From the IMG/VR virus record IMGVR_UViG_3300036771_000101, positions 1 through 64,000 of that record: a stretch of 64,000 nt of DNA. The stretch is one strand, 5' to 3'. Each line of letters opens with the position of its first letter. Position 1 is the first letter of the stretch. This DNA is from a virus. This document shows positions 55,517-63,635 of the stretch, piece by piece. Made by a program: the position numbers and the translations under genes. Under the pieces are notes generated by a model. That model was not told where the DNA came from. It searched no databases and worked only from the letters and a program-made list of their open reading frames with translations.

Positions 55517-55942
55517 TTAGGGACGGTTGGCGATACGGTCCAGACGGTCAGCCATCTGACCGAGGTCGTAGGCGATGTCGTCCAGAGTCACGTCGGGGAC
55601 TCCACCGCTACCGAGCTTGATGGCGGCGGAGGCCACGATGTTGCGGAGGCGACGGACGCCCTTGATGATGGGCTTCAGCCGGGTTCTCCGGTAACCGTGG
55701 ATCTCAGCAGCCGTGGTAGCCAGGTAGTAGATGCCGTTCCGGCAGGTGACGAGGTCACCCCGGTCACGCGCTTCGGCGAGACCGGCGTTGATGCTGACGG
55801 AACCGTATCCCGTCAGTTCCTCGAACTCGCGCATCGTCTTCGGACCAGGCGAAGCTGTTCTGACACGCCCACCGTAAGATGCGACGGTGCCCCCTTCGAG
55901 GCAGGTCACGATCCGGTCGGCCATGCGGGTCTTCCAACTCAT
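55517..55942 (-). CDS. RacP-like winged-helix protein
   Basis: HTH 'TMREFEELTGYGSVSINAGLAEARD', wing 'GIYYL' and helical tail; paired with a DUF6192-like gene. Confidence 0.5.
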   Translation of the reverse strand: MSWKTRMADRIVTCLEGGTVASYGGRVRTASPGPKTMREFEELTGYGSVSINAGLAEARDRGDLVTCRNGIYYLATTAAEIHGYRRTRLKPIIKGVRRLRNIVASAAIKLGSGGVPDVTLDDIAYDLGQMADRLDRIANRP

Positions 55943-55945
55943 GAG

Positions 55946-56815
55946 TTACACACCCCCTTCCCGCAACATGTCCTCGAAGGCGTCGGCGAAGCTGCCGCCT
56001 TCGGACCAGGACCGGACGAACCCGAGCTTCTGCTCGATCCGGTCGACGGTGGTGAGAATCTCGGCCTTGTTGCGGTTGGTGGCCGCGACGCGAGAGAGGA
56101 GCTCGATGGCTTCGTTGATCTTGTCCTCGGCCTGGTCGAGACGAACGGCGGCGGTGTTGAGCTCGTCAGCTTCGACCAGCCCCGGTGCCGCGTCGCGCTC
56201 CCGCTCCTCGCGGTCGTAACGGTCGTTGCGGCCCACGACGCCGTAGGCGGCGGAGATACCCTTCCGCATCGGCTCGTTTTCCACGAGACCGCGGGCGACG
56301 TTGGGGTCACCGGCGATGTCGGGGTCCTTCGAGTACTCCAGGAAATCGGCCCGCTTCTCCTCCGCGGTCATGAGCTTGCGGCTGGGGCGGCGAGCGGGAG
56401 CTTTCCCGACGAAGGCCCGGATGTCGTTGACGACGAGGGTGCGCTTGTGCTGCTTCTTCAGCTGGGTCCACACGGCGAGGCGTTCGTTCTCCTCGGTGTG
56501 CTGAACGAGCTCCTTGCAGAAGCTGTAGCTCTCGGGGAGCTCCATGATCTGGTCGCGGAGCTTGGCGGGGAGTCCGCCGACGGTGATGCGCCGCTCGGCG
56601 AGCTCGTCGGTGGGGAGCCCCGCTTCCTGGGCCAGCGCGTGAACGAGCCGCTGGGCCTCTCCGGGGTCGGTGTCCATCGGGATCTCCGCCAGGGCGATCT
56701 GCCCCTGGAACTTGCTGTTGTCGGAGACCACCTTCTTCGAGCGCTTGATGACGCCCTGGAGTTGCCCCAGCGCGACTACCCGCTGGGCGTGGGTTTTCGG
56801 GACGACGTACTGCAC
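55946..56815 (-). CDS. DUF6192 (RacO)-like helical protein
   Basis: 289 aa; 'QGQIALAEIP...ALAQEAGL...R' N-terminus and 'GFVRSWSEGGSFADAFEDMLREG' C-terminus recalled from this actinobacterial family. Confidence 0.5.
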   Translation of the reverse strand: MQYVVPKTHAQRVVALGQLQGVIKRSKKVVSDNSKFQGQIALAEIPMDTDPGEAQRLVHALAQEAGLPTDELAERRITVGGLPAKLRDQIMELPESYSFCKELVQHTEENERLAVWTQLKKQHKRTLVVNDIRAFVGKAPARRPSRKLMTAEEKRADFLEYSKDPDIAGDPNVARGLVENEPMRKGISAAYGVVGRNDRYDREERERDAAPGLVEADELNTAAVRLDQAEDKINEAIELLSRVAATNRNKAEILTTVDRIEQKLGFVRSWSEGGSFADAFEDMLREGGV

Positions 56816-56848
56816 GATGCTCCTTTCGGTTCTGGTCGGTCGAAGGCC

Positions 56849-56877
56849 ACTCTACGAACGACCACCGAGGGTGTCAA
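56849..56877 (-). promoter_or_regulatory. SigA-type leftward promoter
   Basis: TTGACA-17 nt-TAGAGT on the - strand; 9/10 inverted repeat (56833-56842 / 56855-56864) flanks the -10. Confidence 0.75.
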
Positions 56878-56951
56878 GAGGGACCCTTGAGGGGGGACAG
56901 TTTTGTGGCGAAAAGTGCCTTCTGTACACGCAAGACTTCACTTTGTGACTC

Positions 56952-56980
56952 TTGCATAGCCTCACAAGGATCCTTAGAGT
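56952..56980 (+). promoter_or_regulatory. SigA-type rightward promoter
   Basis: TTGCAT-17 nt-TAGAGT; TTGTGA...TCACAA inverted repeat brackets the -35. Confidence 0.6.
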
Positions 56981-57028
56981 GGCACTCAACGATGATTCGA
57001 AAAACATCTTTTGAAAACGAGGCTCAGA

Positions 57029-57526
57029 ATGTTCTCCTACAACGAACGTCTTTCTGACGACGGACGAACGCTGCTCATCGACGTGCAGATTCCACTGGAG
57101 ATGAGACCAACGTGGAGATCTGTCGTAACGGCCTTCCTCCAGTCCGATCGCGAACTCGACTACCGCATCGCAGTAGTGAGGCAGACCTATCTGTCCTGGG
57201 TGGCGGAGGACGAGCCCCTCGCGCAGGAGCTCGTGGAGAACATCACAACATCTTCCCGGCGGGCGCTGTGGCTTTTGGCGCGCCGGGCTGACACCTGGGT
57301 GCAGATGGATGATCTTGTGCGGGAGATGGGTCTGTCGTCGCAGGCGGCGTTGTCGGGGGCGTTGTCGTGGCCGTCCCGGCATGCTCGGAGGCTTGGTCGG
57401 AAGCACCCGGTAACGCGGCAGCGAGAGCGGGTGATGATGAAGGGAGAGGTGGCGGTTCTATTCCTCCCGGCGTTGGAGAGGGTGCTTGATAGACAAGAGC
57501 TCCCGGCTCTGGGACCTGTCCCTTGA
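57029..57526 (+). CDS. DUF6416-like wHTH protein, paralog 1
   Basis: W..ED..LA...LVREMGL...LSGALSWPSRHARRLGR..P. Confidence 0.6.
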   Translation: MFSYNERLSDDGRTLLIDVQIPLEMRPTWRSVVTAFLQSDRELDYRIAVVRQTYLSWVAEDEPLAQELVENITTSSRRALWLLARRADTWVQMDDLVREMGLSSQAALSGALSWPSRHARRLGRKHPVTRQRERVMMKGEVAVLFLPALERVLDRQELPALGPVP

Positions 57527-57551
57527 CATACCTCTGAGATAGGTCCAGACT
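57523..57551 (+). promoter_or_regulatory. SigA-type promoter for the next gene
   Basis: TTGACA-17 nt-CAGACT. Confidence 0.5.
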
Positions 57552-57590
57552 GGGTACTGACATAGGTTGCCCTCTGCCACGAGGAGGATC

Positions 57591-58103
57591 ATGGAACTCG
57601 TCCACGTCTCCGGCGCGGTCCCGCAGGACCGTCTCGCCGACTACTACAGGATGCTCGCCGACCTCAACGCTCCCGCGGTTCATCCCGCTCTGGCTGGACC
57701 GGCAGTTGCTCTCGCTGATCTCCTCAACGAGGGTGGCCCGGTCAGGGAGTACTGGCGGCGGCTCAGCCCCCACGCCAAGAACATCCACACGCTCCTCGCG
57801 CTCAACCCGAAGAAGCGGTACGACGGGCAAGAGCTCGCCGACAAGCTCCAGATCCCCAACGGTCGTTCCGGTGTGGCGGGGGCGTGGGCGTGGCCCGGCC
57901 GACACGCCAAGGAACTCGGCATGGAATACCCGTGGTCGTGGCACTCCGACGGAGTCGAGACGTCCTACTGGTTCGAGGAAGCCGAAGCGGAGATGTTCCG
58001 GCCGTACGCCGAGAAGTGGCTGTCTTCCACTGAGTGGCAGAACCTCGAAGCGGAGTGCTGGCTCGGGGCGCCGTCTCGGCACGACATAATCGCTGCACAG
58101 TGA
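57591..58103 (+). CDS. DUF6416-like wHTH protein, paralog 2
   Basis: SD GAGGAGG; LS..AK....L...P...Y.G.ELA..L.IPNG..GVAG..AWPGRH. Confidence 0.65.
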   Translation: MELVHVSGAVPQDRLADYYRMLADLNAPAVHPALAGPAVALADLLNEGGPVREYWRRLSPHAKNIHTLLALNPKKRYDGQELADKLQIPNGRSGVAGAWAWPGRHAKELGMEYPWSWHSDGVETSYWFEEAEAEMFRPYAEKWLSSTEWQNLEAECWLGAPSRHDIIAAQ

Positions 58104-58150
58104 CGTAGACTACGGAAGCGCTAGGAGGATGCTCACTGCGTCCGACCTAC

Positions 58151-58185
58151 AAGGACCCCTGGGACGCACACTCCCAGGGGTCCTT
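58151..58185. terminator. bidirectional terminator
   Basis: 14-bp inverted repeat AAGGACCCCTGGGA / TCCCAGGGGTCCTT followed by CGTTTT; between convergent genes. Confidence 0.8.
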
Positions 58186-58189
58186 CGTT

Positions 58190-58417
58190 TTACCCCTCGG
58201 CGGGAGGGTCGGTGGGCGTTGCGGGAGCCGGATCAGGGGCAGGTTCCGGGTCGGCCGGAGCAGGCTCGGGTTCCGGTGCGGGAGCGGGAGGCTCCGGAGC
58301 CGGAGGAACGTCGGTGGGAGCATCGCCCGCGGGTTCCTCCACGACGATGGTCTCCTCGATGATCTCCTCGACTACTTCCCCCTCGGGCTCATCGGAGGGG
58401 TCCTGAACGTCGGTCAT
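58190..58417 (-). CDS. acidic Pro/Glu-rich low-complexity protein
   Basis: SD AAGGAG before ATG 58417; MTDVQDPSDEPEG...(PE/PA)n. Confidence 0.6.
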   Translation of the reverse strand: MTDVQDPSDEPEGEVVEEIIEETIVVEEPAGDAPTDVPPAPEPPAPAPEPEPAPADPEPAPDPAPATPTDPPAEG

Positions 58418-58891
58418 CAGATCTCCTTCTAGGGATTGGGATTGATCGTGTGGGTATGGCTGGACGAGCTCCACGTCGTCGGCCAACCACTCGCCGTCAC
58501 TGCTGTTTGTCCGCCGATCGCTATCGCGTTCGTCCCGGAACCGGGCGAGTGATGGGCGCCGATTGCCACCGAGTACACCGGGTTCGCCGACCCCATCGCG
58601 TACACCGGCTGCGAGGTCTGCAGCGGCTCCGGGAACGGCAGGTAGTGCTCCGGGTCCTCCCGTAACGCCCGTTCCATCGCCCGGATTTTCTTGTCGATGT
58701 CGTCTTGTTTCCGCACCGGCTACCTCCTCATCGAACGGTTCAAGGTCAAGCAGCGGGATCCACTCGGTGACCGGTCGCCGGTCACTGGTCCCCCAGTGCA
58801 CCAGGGCCGCACCATCCTCGGAAACCTCCAGAACGATCGCGCACTGGGGGAGCCCGATGCGGTGTACCCGATCCTGCGGTTGAATGCTCAT
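58190..58891 (-). CDS. SH3-like small domain gene reading through two downstream genes
   Basis: MSIQPQDRVHR...IVLEV....ALVHW....EWIPLLDL; no stop until 58190. Confidence 0.4.
   Translation of the reverse strand: MSIQPQDRVHRIGLPQCAIVLEVSEDGAALVHWGTSDRRPVTEWIPLLDLEPFDEEVAGAETRRHRQENPGDGTGVTGGPGALPAVPGAAADLAAGVRDGVGEPGVLGGNRRPSLARFRDERDSDRRTNSSDGEWLADDVELVQPYPHDQSQSLEGDLMTDVQDPSDEPEGEVVEEIIEETIVVEEPAGDAPTDVPPAPEPPAPAPEPEPAPADPEPAPDPAPATPTDPPAEG
58429..58716 (-). CDS. hypothetical protein
   Basis: SD GAGGAGG before GTG 58716; nested in another frame of ORF 58190-58891. Confidence 0.55.
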   Translation of the reverse strand: MRKQDDIDKKIRAMERALREDPEHYLPFPEPLQTSQPVYAMGSANPVYSVAIGAHHSPGSGTNAIAIGGQTAVTASGWPTTWSSSSHTHTINPNP

Positions 58892-58917
58892 ACTGGCCCT
58901 CTCATCGACAGATCAAC

Positions 58918-59583
58918 TCACTTTTCGAAGACGATGATCGCTTCGGTTGGGACTCTGGCCTCTCGGTTCTCCCCGTGGCGGAGCCGAGGAGTCGGGATCT
59001 CAAACGACTGTGTCACCGTGAACCCGATCTCCTGGCACAAGATCCGGTGGCGAGCCACCACCGGGAACACCTTCTTGCTGCGGATGCAGTCCGACACGTT
59101 CAACACGAACACCGCGTTCGGTTTGAGGGTCCGCCACACCTCCCGCCACGCCGCTTCGTGAAGCTTCCAGTAGGCCGGGTTCCAGGCGTACAATCTTCCG
59201 GCGTTTTGGGGGTGCAGCTGGTGGGCAGTGTCCCCGACAGTTCGTTGGAGGTCGTGTGTGTACGATCGGCGTAAGGAGCCATCGCGGGCATGGTGACTGT
59301 CGGACATCCTGTTGCCGTACACGGGGCTGGTGAATGCCCCATCGAAGATTTCGTCACGGAATGGCAGATGACGGGCGTTCCCAACGATCGTGCTACGGCG
59401 GGCGGAGGCCCACGGGAACTCGATCTCGACACCGACGGTGAACCGGAGCGAGTGATTGAGCTCGTGGATCCTCCCCACACCAGCGAAGCAATCCAAAATG
59501 AGTCCATGCGGAACCAGATGCTTTTTGACTACGAATTCTAAGATTCCGTCGGAGAAGGTGGCGGGGTGGTAGCGCCGCGTCAT
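58918..59583 (-). CDS. DNA amino-methyltransferase (m4C/m6A type)
   Basis: Motif I ILDCFAGVG, GNARHLPF, motif IV-like TSPVY, 'VWRTLKPNAVFVLNVSD'. Confidence 0.8.
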   Translation of the reverse strand: MTRRYHPATFSDGILEFVVKKHLVPHGLILDCFAGVGRIHELNHSLRFTVGVEIEFPWASARRSTIVGNARHLPFRDEIFDGAFTSPVYGNRMSDSHHARDGSLRRSYTHDLQRTVGDTAHQLHPQNAGRLYAWNPAYWKLHEAAWREVWRTLKPNAVFVLNVSDCIRSKKVFPVVARHRILCQEIGFTVTQSFEIPTPRLRHGENREARVPTEAIIVFEK

Positions 59584-60029
59584 GCGTGTCCCCAGCGAGC
59601 GAGGCTTGCGTTGCGGGCACGCTTTTCTTCGAACTCTGGCCGGTGCTCATTCATGTGTTCTGCTCGGGTCAGGAGATGCAGGTTCGTAATGGAGTCGTCC
59701 AGGGTGTCGCGGCTGATGTGATGCACCAAAAAGCCCGATGGGATCGGACCGTGGGCTTGCTCCCAGACCAGTTGGGACCGCAGCTTCCAAACGTTGGGTT
59801 CAGCTGTCTTCACCCAGACGCGAGGACCGTCGTCTCGCTTGGGTCGGAACCGGGTTTGTTCGCTGCCCACTGGGAGTCGATTGTGAGCGGGTTGGCCTTG
59901 GGTGAAGCTCCCGGTGTTGGGCTTGGCGTCGGAGAAGTAGCAGGCGCGGGAGCAGTAGACCTCGTGTGTGCGTTTGACGGGAGTACCGCAGACTCGACAA
60001 AGCCGCCGCGGTTTACGAGGCGGCGCCAT
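59580..60029 (-). CDS. HNH endonuclease with N-terminal Zn finger
   Basis: CRVCG...YCSRAC; VWEQAHGPIPSGFLVHHI..D...D.I.NL.L....EH...H; start could extend to 60071. Confidence 0.85.
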   Translation of the reverse strand: MAPPRKPRRLCRVCGTPVKRTHEVYCSRACYFSDAKPNTGSFTQGQPAHNRLPVGSEQTRFRPKRDDGPRVWVKTAEPNVWKLRSQLVWEQAHGPIPSGFLVHHISRDTLDDSITNLHLLTRAEHMNEHRPEFEEKRARNASLARWGHA

Positions 60030-60192
60030 TGCTCCATGCGGGACGTTGCGGGCGCGTTTTGGCGAGCTCATCCAACGCGGCGCTGATCGGCTTCCGGAGG
60101 CAAGGGGTGCACCACCAGTCCTTCACCTCTGGTTCCTGCCGAGCGAACAGGTCATGCTCATCCTGGAGCCCACACCCTGGGCAGACCTTCAC
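60013..60192 (-). CDS. small Zn-finger protein (59 aa)
   Basis: Hand translation MKVCPGCG...WWCTPC; GTGA overlap. Confidence 0.5.
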   Translation of the reverse strand: MKVCPGCGLQDEHDLFARQEPEVKDWWCTPCLRKPISAALDELAKTRPQRPAWSNGAAS

Positions 60193-60365
60193 CGAACCTC
60201 CCGCCGGATCGTCAAGAACTCGCGGTCCAACACCACCCAGCCATGCAGATCATCTCGGTTTATCTCTTCGACGTGGCCGAGACACGCTGACAGCACGACC
60301 ACCCCGTTCCAGATCAGAGGGCTTGTCGCTTCCTTTCTGCACAGGAACACTGGACACAGCAGCAC
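60189..60365 (-). CDS. small Cys/His protein (58 aa)
   Basis: Hand translation MLLCPVFLCRKEA...ACLGH...; stop overlaps the next start. Confidence 0.4.
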   Translation of the reverse strand: MLLCPVFLCRKEATSPLIWNGVVVLSACLGHVEEINRDDLHGWVVLDREFLTIRREVR

Positions 60366-60948
60366 GTTGAACTCTTCTCGCTACGATCTCATCGATCTTC
60401 GTAGCGAGGATCTCATAGACCCGGTCTTCCATGCAGGTGAGTTTCAGGTCGAGTCCGTCCCCCACGGTCGTTCCGAGTAATGCTCGGATGGTGCTGATCA
60501 GCCGTCGGATCTCTTCCGTGTCGAGTGCGCTTTCGGCGGGGAGTGTGCAGGATGGCTGGCCGATGCCGGGTGCTCGAAGGAACGACTGCCGGTGTTTCTT
60601 CGATGCTTCGTAGTATCCCCGTTGGACAACGCGGGCGTCGGTGAGTGCTTCCAGGATCTTTTCGTACTGCTCCCAGGTCATCTCTTTGTCGATGTACAGA
60701 TGGAAGTGGCCGGGGGTGCGCGACGGGTACAGCTTGCAGGGGAGATCGATGTCGATGGCGGGTGCGTGCATCCCGTTTGGCAGTGATGATCCGATCAGGT
60801 TGTACTGGTACGGCTTGTCGCCGGGCGCGACGGGGGCGCGGTTGCTGTAGCCGTCGCCTGTGTCGAGGTTGGCGAGGTACCAGTGGGTGCGTTGCAGGAG
60901 GGGATGTTCAGTGAAGTGGATGGTAGCCATCTCTTCCATCATTCCCAT
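60250..60948 (-). CDS. conserved-looking phage protein with AEP-like motifs
   Basis: HAPAIDID.PC..YPS.TPGHFHLYID. Confidence 0.6.
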   Translation of the reverse strand: MGMMEEMATIHFTEHPLLQRTHWYLANLDTGDGYSNRAPVAPGDKPYQYNLIGSSLPNGMHAPAIDIDLPCKLYPSRTPGHFHLYIDKEMTWEQYEKILEALTDARVVQRGYYEASKKHRQSFLRAPGIGQPSCTLPAESALDTEEIRRLISTIRALLGTTVGDGLDLKLTCMEDRVYEILATKIDEIVARRVQRAAVSSVPVQKGSDKPSDLERGGRAVSVSRPRRRDKPR

Positions 60949-61122
60949 TGTTCGAACGATTGTTAGCTCTGACGCTTAGGCCCCTATGGTTATTGCCAGC
61001 CTTTGTGCATTGAGGAGCAATGCTCTGACCTGCACTTTTACGATTCGGTGGAGTTGCTCCGAGAGGGAAAGCGGCCCGTACTCCCCCTTGAAGGTTGAAA
61101 CAATAACTCCGCCGTTAACGCG

Positions 61123-61395
61123 TTATGAGCGTGGGAGCTCGAACAGCCAGTGCTGACCGGAGAACTGGATCGGTTCGGGCTCCCATCGCACGGGTTGGGA
61201 ACGGACGATCTCGACCGTTGCGCCGTACCGTTCGAAGATCTGAGCTCGGCGTTGAGCGCCCGTGAGGCTCAGGTAGGCCCGGTTCATCGGCCAGTGGAAC
61301 GGGACCATCATCCCGTCCTCTTCCCAGTGGGTGAGATCAGGTTCGTCAGGCAGGGTCACGATCAGGCGAAACACTCGACGGTCTCGTTCTTTCAT
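61123..61395 (-). CDS. hypothetical protein
   Basis: 90 aa; 'YLS.TGA..RA..FE.YGATVEI.RS.PV.W'. Confidence 0.65.
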   Translation of the reverse strand: MKERDRRVFRLIVTLPDEPDLTHWEEDGMMVPFHWPMNRAYLSLTGAQRRAQIFERYGATVEIVRSQPVRWEPEPIQFSGQHWLFELPRS

Positions 61396-62138
61396 CGGCG
61401 TCCTCCACCAAACGAACGACCTCCACCTCCGAACCCGCCAGAGTGACCGCCACCAAAACCGCCACCACCGCGGCTGCCCCCACCAAAGCCACCGGAATGA
61501 CCACCGCTAGATCCACCGACATGCGACCCTCCACTACGAGAGCCTCCACCGTAGCCCTTCCCACCCGACGGAGCCTTCGGGGTCGACGGAGCCTTCGGGG
61601 TCGGGGTACTCTGAGCGGGAGGGGAAACGGACTTCGGGCCGGGGACACTCGGAGTCGCGGGTTCGGGGGTGGCACCACGTGCGCCGCCCCCGAATTTCGT
61701 TCCTGGCGCACCGAACCGAGCCCCACCCCCGTATTTCGCAGCGCCGATCTTCGACGCGGGGACGGTTTTCCCGTTCGATCCGAGGTAGGTCGCTTCCCGG
61801 GTGGCGGTAGCGATCGCCGACTTGTTGGTGGATCCCCACGACCGTTCCGAGTTGACGTAGACGGTGCGGGAAGCCCGAGGGACGTACACGCTGTAATACG
61901 CGGGGCTGCTGTAGTAGGGGTAGTAACGCTGATGCCAGTACCCAGGCATCAAGGTCGGCGCCCAGCCTGGTTGGCACAGACCGGCGGCTTGCAGAGCGAC
62001 CGCTTCCGCGGGGCTGTTGATGTAGTAGCACTGGTTGTTCTCGCCGTAGGCGATCGGCCGGTACGCCAATCTGCTGCCTCCGCCGCCGCAGGCGACGAGA
62101 CCCAACACCATCGTGAGAGCGACGAGAACACGTTTCAT
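61392..62138 (-). CDS. lipoprotein with Tyr-rich core and Gly-rich tail
   Basis: SD AAGGAG, ATG 62138; signal MKRVLVALTMVLG-LVAC lipobox. Confidence 0.75.
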   Translation of the reverse strand: MKRVLVALTMVLGLVACGGGGSRLAYRPIAYGENNQCYYINSPAEAVALQAAGLCQPGWAPTLMPGYWHQRYYPYYSSPAYYSVYVPRASRTVYVNSERSWGSTNKSAIATATREATYLGSNGKTVPASKIGAAKYGGGARFGAPGTKFGGGARGATPEPATPSVPGPKSVSPPAQSTPTPKAPSTPKAPSGGKGYGGGSRSGGSHVGGSSGGHSGGFGGGSRGGGGFGGGHSGGFGGGGRSFGGGRR

Positions 62139-62278
62139 GGTTTCTCCTTCGGCCATCGCCATTGGATGTAGAGCTTGCCGCGGCGCCACTGCCACTTCAG
62201 GAGCTTCTTCAGTTCCGGCTGGTGTTTCGTGATGACGGCTGGGATTAGGTAGCGGGTCGGGTACAGCTTCTCGGTCAC
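62135..62278 (-). CDS. small basic protein
   Basis: GTGA overlap; 47 aa. Confidence 0.4.
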   Translation of the reverse strand: MTEKLYPTRYLIPAVITKHQPELKKLLKWQWRRGKLYIQWRWPKEKP

Positions 62279-62472
62279 AGCTTGTCGGCGAGGGGCATCC
62301 CTTCCGGTTCCAGGAACCGGCGGCATCCCAGTAGGTACCCTTCGGTTTCACGGAGGATCGAGTACGCCTCGTGAGATTCCGCAACGGTCATGACGTTGAA
62401 CTCTGCCTTGATCTCTTCCAGTAGGGATGCGGCGGCTGACCGGATCTTGTTGGCGTTGTCGAGGGCACTCAT
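62275..62472 (-). CDS. hypothetical protein
   Basis: ATGA overlap; MSALDNANKIR... Confidence 0.5.
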   Translation of the reverse strand: MSALDNANKIRSAAASLLEEIKAEFNVMTVAESHEAYSILRETEGYLLGCRRFLEPEGMPLADKL

Positions 62473-62672
62473 CTGCGCAACATCCGTTGAACGGAAGCGT
62501 TTTCGTAGTCCTGACAGGGTTGACACACGTCCCATTTCTTTCCGTCCTCTGGGTCTACAGCCAGTTCGTCCTGGGTGACCCGTTCGAAGCAGATGCAGCA
62601 CATGACTTTCCCGTCGGGGCACACCGGACCGGCGTGGCGTTGCCCGCAGCACAACCTGACCGGGTCGATCAT
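62469..62672 (-). CDS. Cys-rich Zn-binding protein
   Basis: CCGQRH...CPDG..CC.C...CQPC. Confidence 0.6.
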   Translation of the reverse strand: MIDPVRLCCGQRHAGPVCPDGKVMCCICFERVTQDELAVDPEDGKKWDVCQPCQDYENASVQRMLRR

Positions 62673-63283
62673 TCGCTCGTCCACCCTTCGCGTTTGTCCC
62701 ACTGGTTCAACTCATCGAGTTCCTCCGGGGACAGATCCTCCCGTGCTTCGGCTCTCATCTTCCGGGCGGCGAGCGCGTCGAGGAACTGCTGATTGAACTT
62801 GTGCTTGTCAAACGGAGTGAGGGTGCCGTCGCGGTCGAGGTACTGCCAGATCCGTGTTCTTCTGCCGACGAACACCAACGTCCAAGTCGGTACGCGGTGG
62901 AGGTGGCTGATCCAGTGCATGGCGTCGAATGGCATGACGTTGAGACGGCGCACCTTGTGGGGGTAGGCGTACATCCAGTTCTGCGGGCCGGGTTTCGTGT
63001 GGGTGTCGCGGCGCATCTCGTCGTACCCGCCGCGTAGCACCACGGCGGTGAACGGCCATGGATGGTCGTGGAGGGTGGGTCGCGGGTCGGGTGTTTCAAG
63101 TTTGTGGAGGTACACCCCGAACAGTGGTGTCTGGATGATCCGCAGCCGGGTCAGATAGTTGTCGTCGGTTTCGGGGTGGGCGTAGTCCGGAACGACGAAC
63201 CGTTCCATGAACGCCCAGTCAGGAGAGCGACGATTCGCCAGCTGCACCTTGTTCTGCTTGGGGACTCGCGGTCGGAGTCTCAT
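62669..63283 (-). CDS. cupin-fold protein (HDHPW family)
   Basis: YL.R......LH....PD....HDHPW.F...L.GGY.E...H.I....WTLVF.G. Confidence 0.75.
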   Translation of the reverse strand: MRLRPRVPKQNKVQLANRRSPDWAFMERFVVPDYAHPETDDNYLTRLRIIQTPLFGVYLHKLETPDPRPTLHDHPWPFTAVVLRGGYDEMRRDTHTKPGPQNWMYAYPHKVRRLNVMPFDAMHWISHLHRVPTWTLVFVGRRTRIWQYLDRDGTLTPFDKHKFNQQFLDALAARKMRAEAREDLSPEELDELNQWDKREGWTSE

Positions 63284-63431
63284 GTTTCACCCCCCAACAC
63301 CCGGGGCACGGCACGTCGACGCGTCGTTTGGATGCGCTGACGCAGTCGCACTGTTCGATGATCCGTTTGTGGTAGGAGCAGACAATCATGTAGCACTGAC
63401 CGCAGGTCGGGAGTCGCGGTTCGTCGCTCAT
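63219..63431 (-). CDS. Cys-rich small protein
   Basis: CGQC, C..H, CDC, CPGC. Confidence 0.5.
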   Translation of the reverse strand: MSDEPRLPTCGQCYMIVCSYHKRIIEQCDCVSASKRRVDVPCPGCWGVKHETPTASPQAEQGAAGESSLS

Positions 63432-63634
63432 TGCTGCTCGTTGTTGCGTGCGATCCAGGCGAGAAGCCCGTCGCCGATGGCCTTCGCTCTGGTCGAGTCG
63501 AAGATGCCCGCTTTCTCGGGGAACTCCCAGCAGACGCTCGCGGCTCCGAGTGCTTGAAAGACGGCTGAGGCCAGGTCTTCGGCGTCCTCGAAGTCGTACG
63601 GTCCTGCTACATCTTCGGCGGGTTGTGCATCCAT
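63428..63634 (-). CDS. hypothetical phage protein
   Basis: 'VFQALGAASVCW...GIFDSTRAKAI'. Confidence 0.55.
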   Translation of the reverse strand: MDAQPAEDVAGPYDFEDAEDLASAVFQALGAASVCWEFPEKAGIFDSTRAKAIGDGLLAWIARNNEQQ

Positions 63635-63635
63635 G

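Noticed and set aside
56944-56966. CRP/GlxR site (TGTGA...TCACA)
   Set aside because: Half-sites are 13 nt apart rather than 6; kept only as a generic operator candidate.
61567-61602. 18-bp tandem direct repeat
   Set aside because: Simply encodes TPKAPS twice in the lipoprotein linker.
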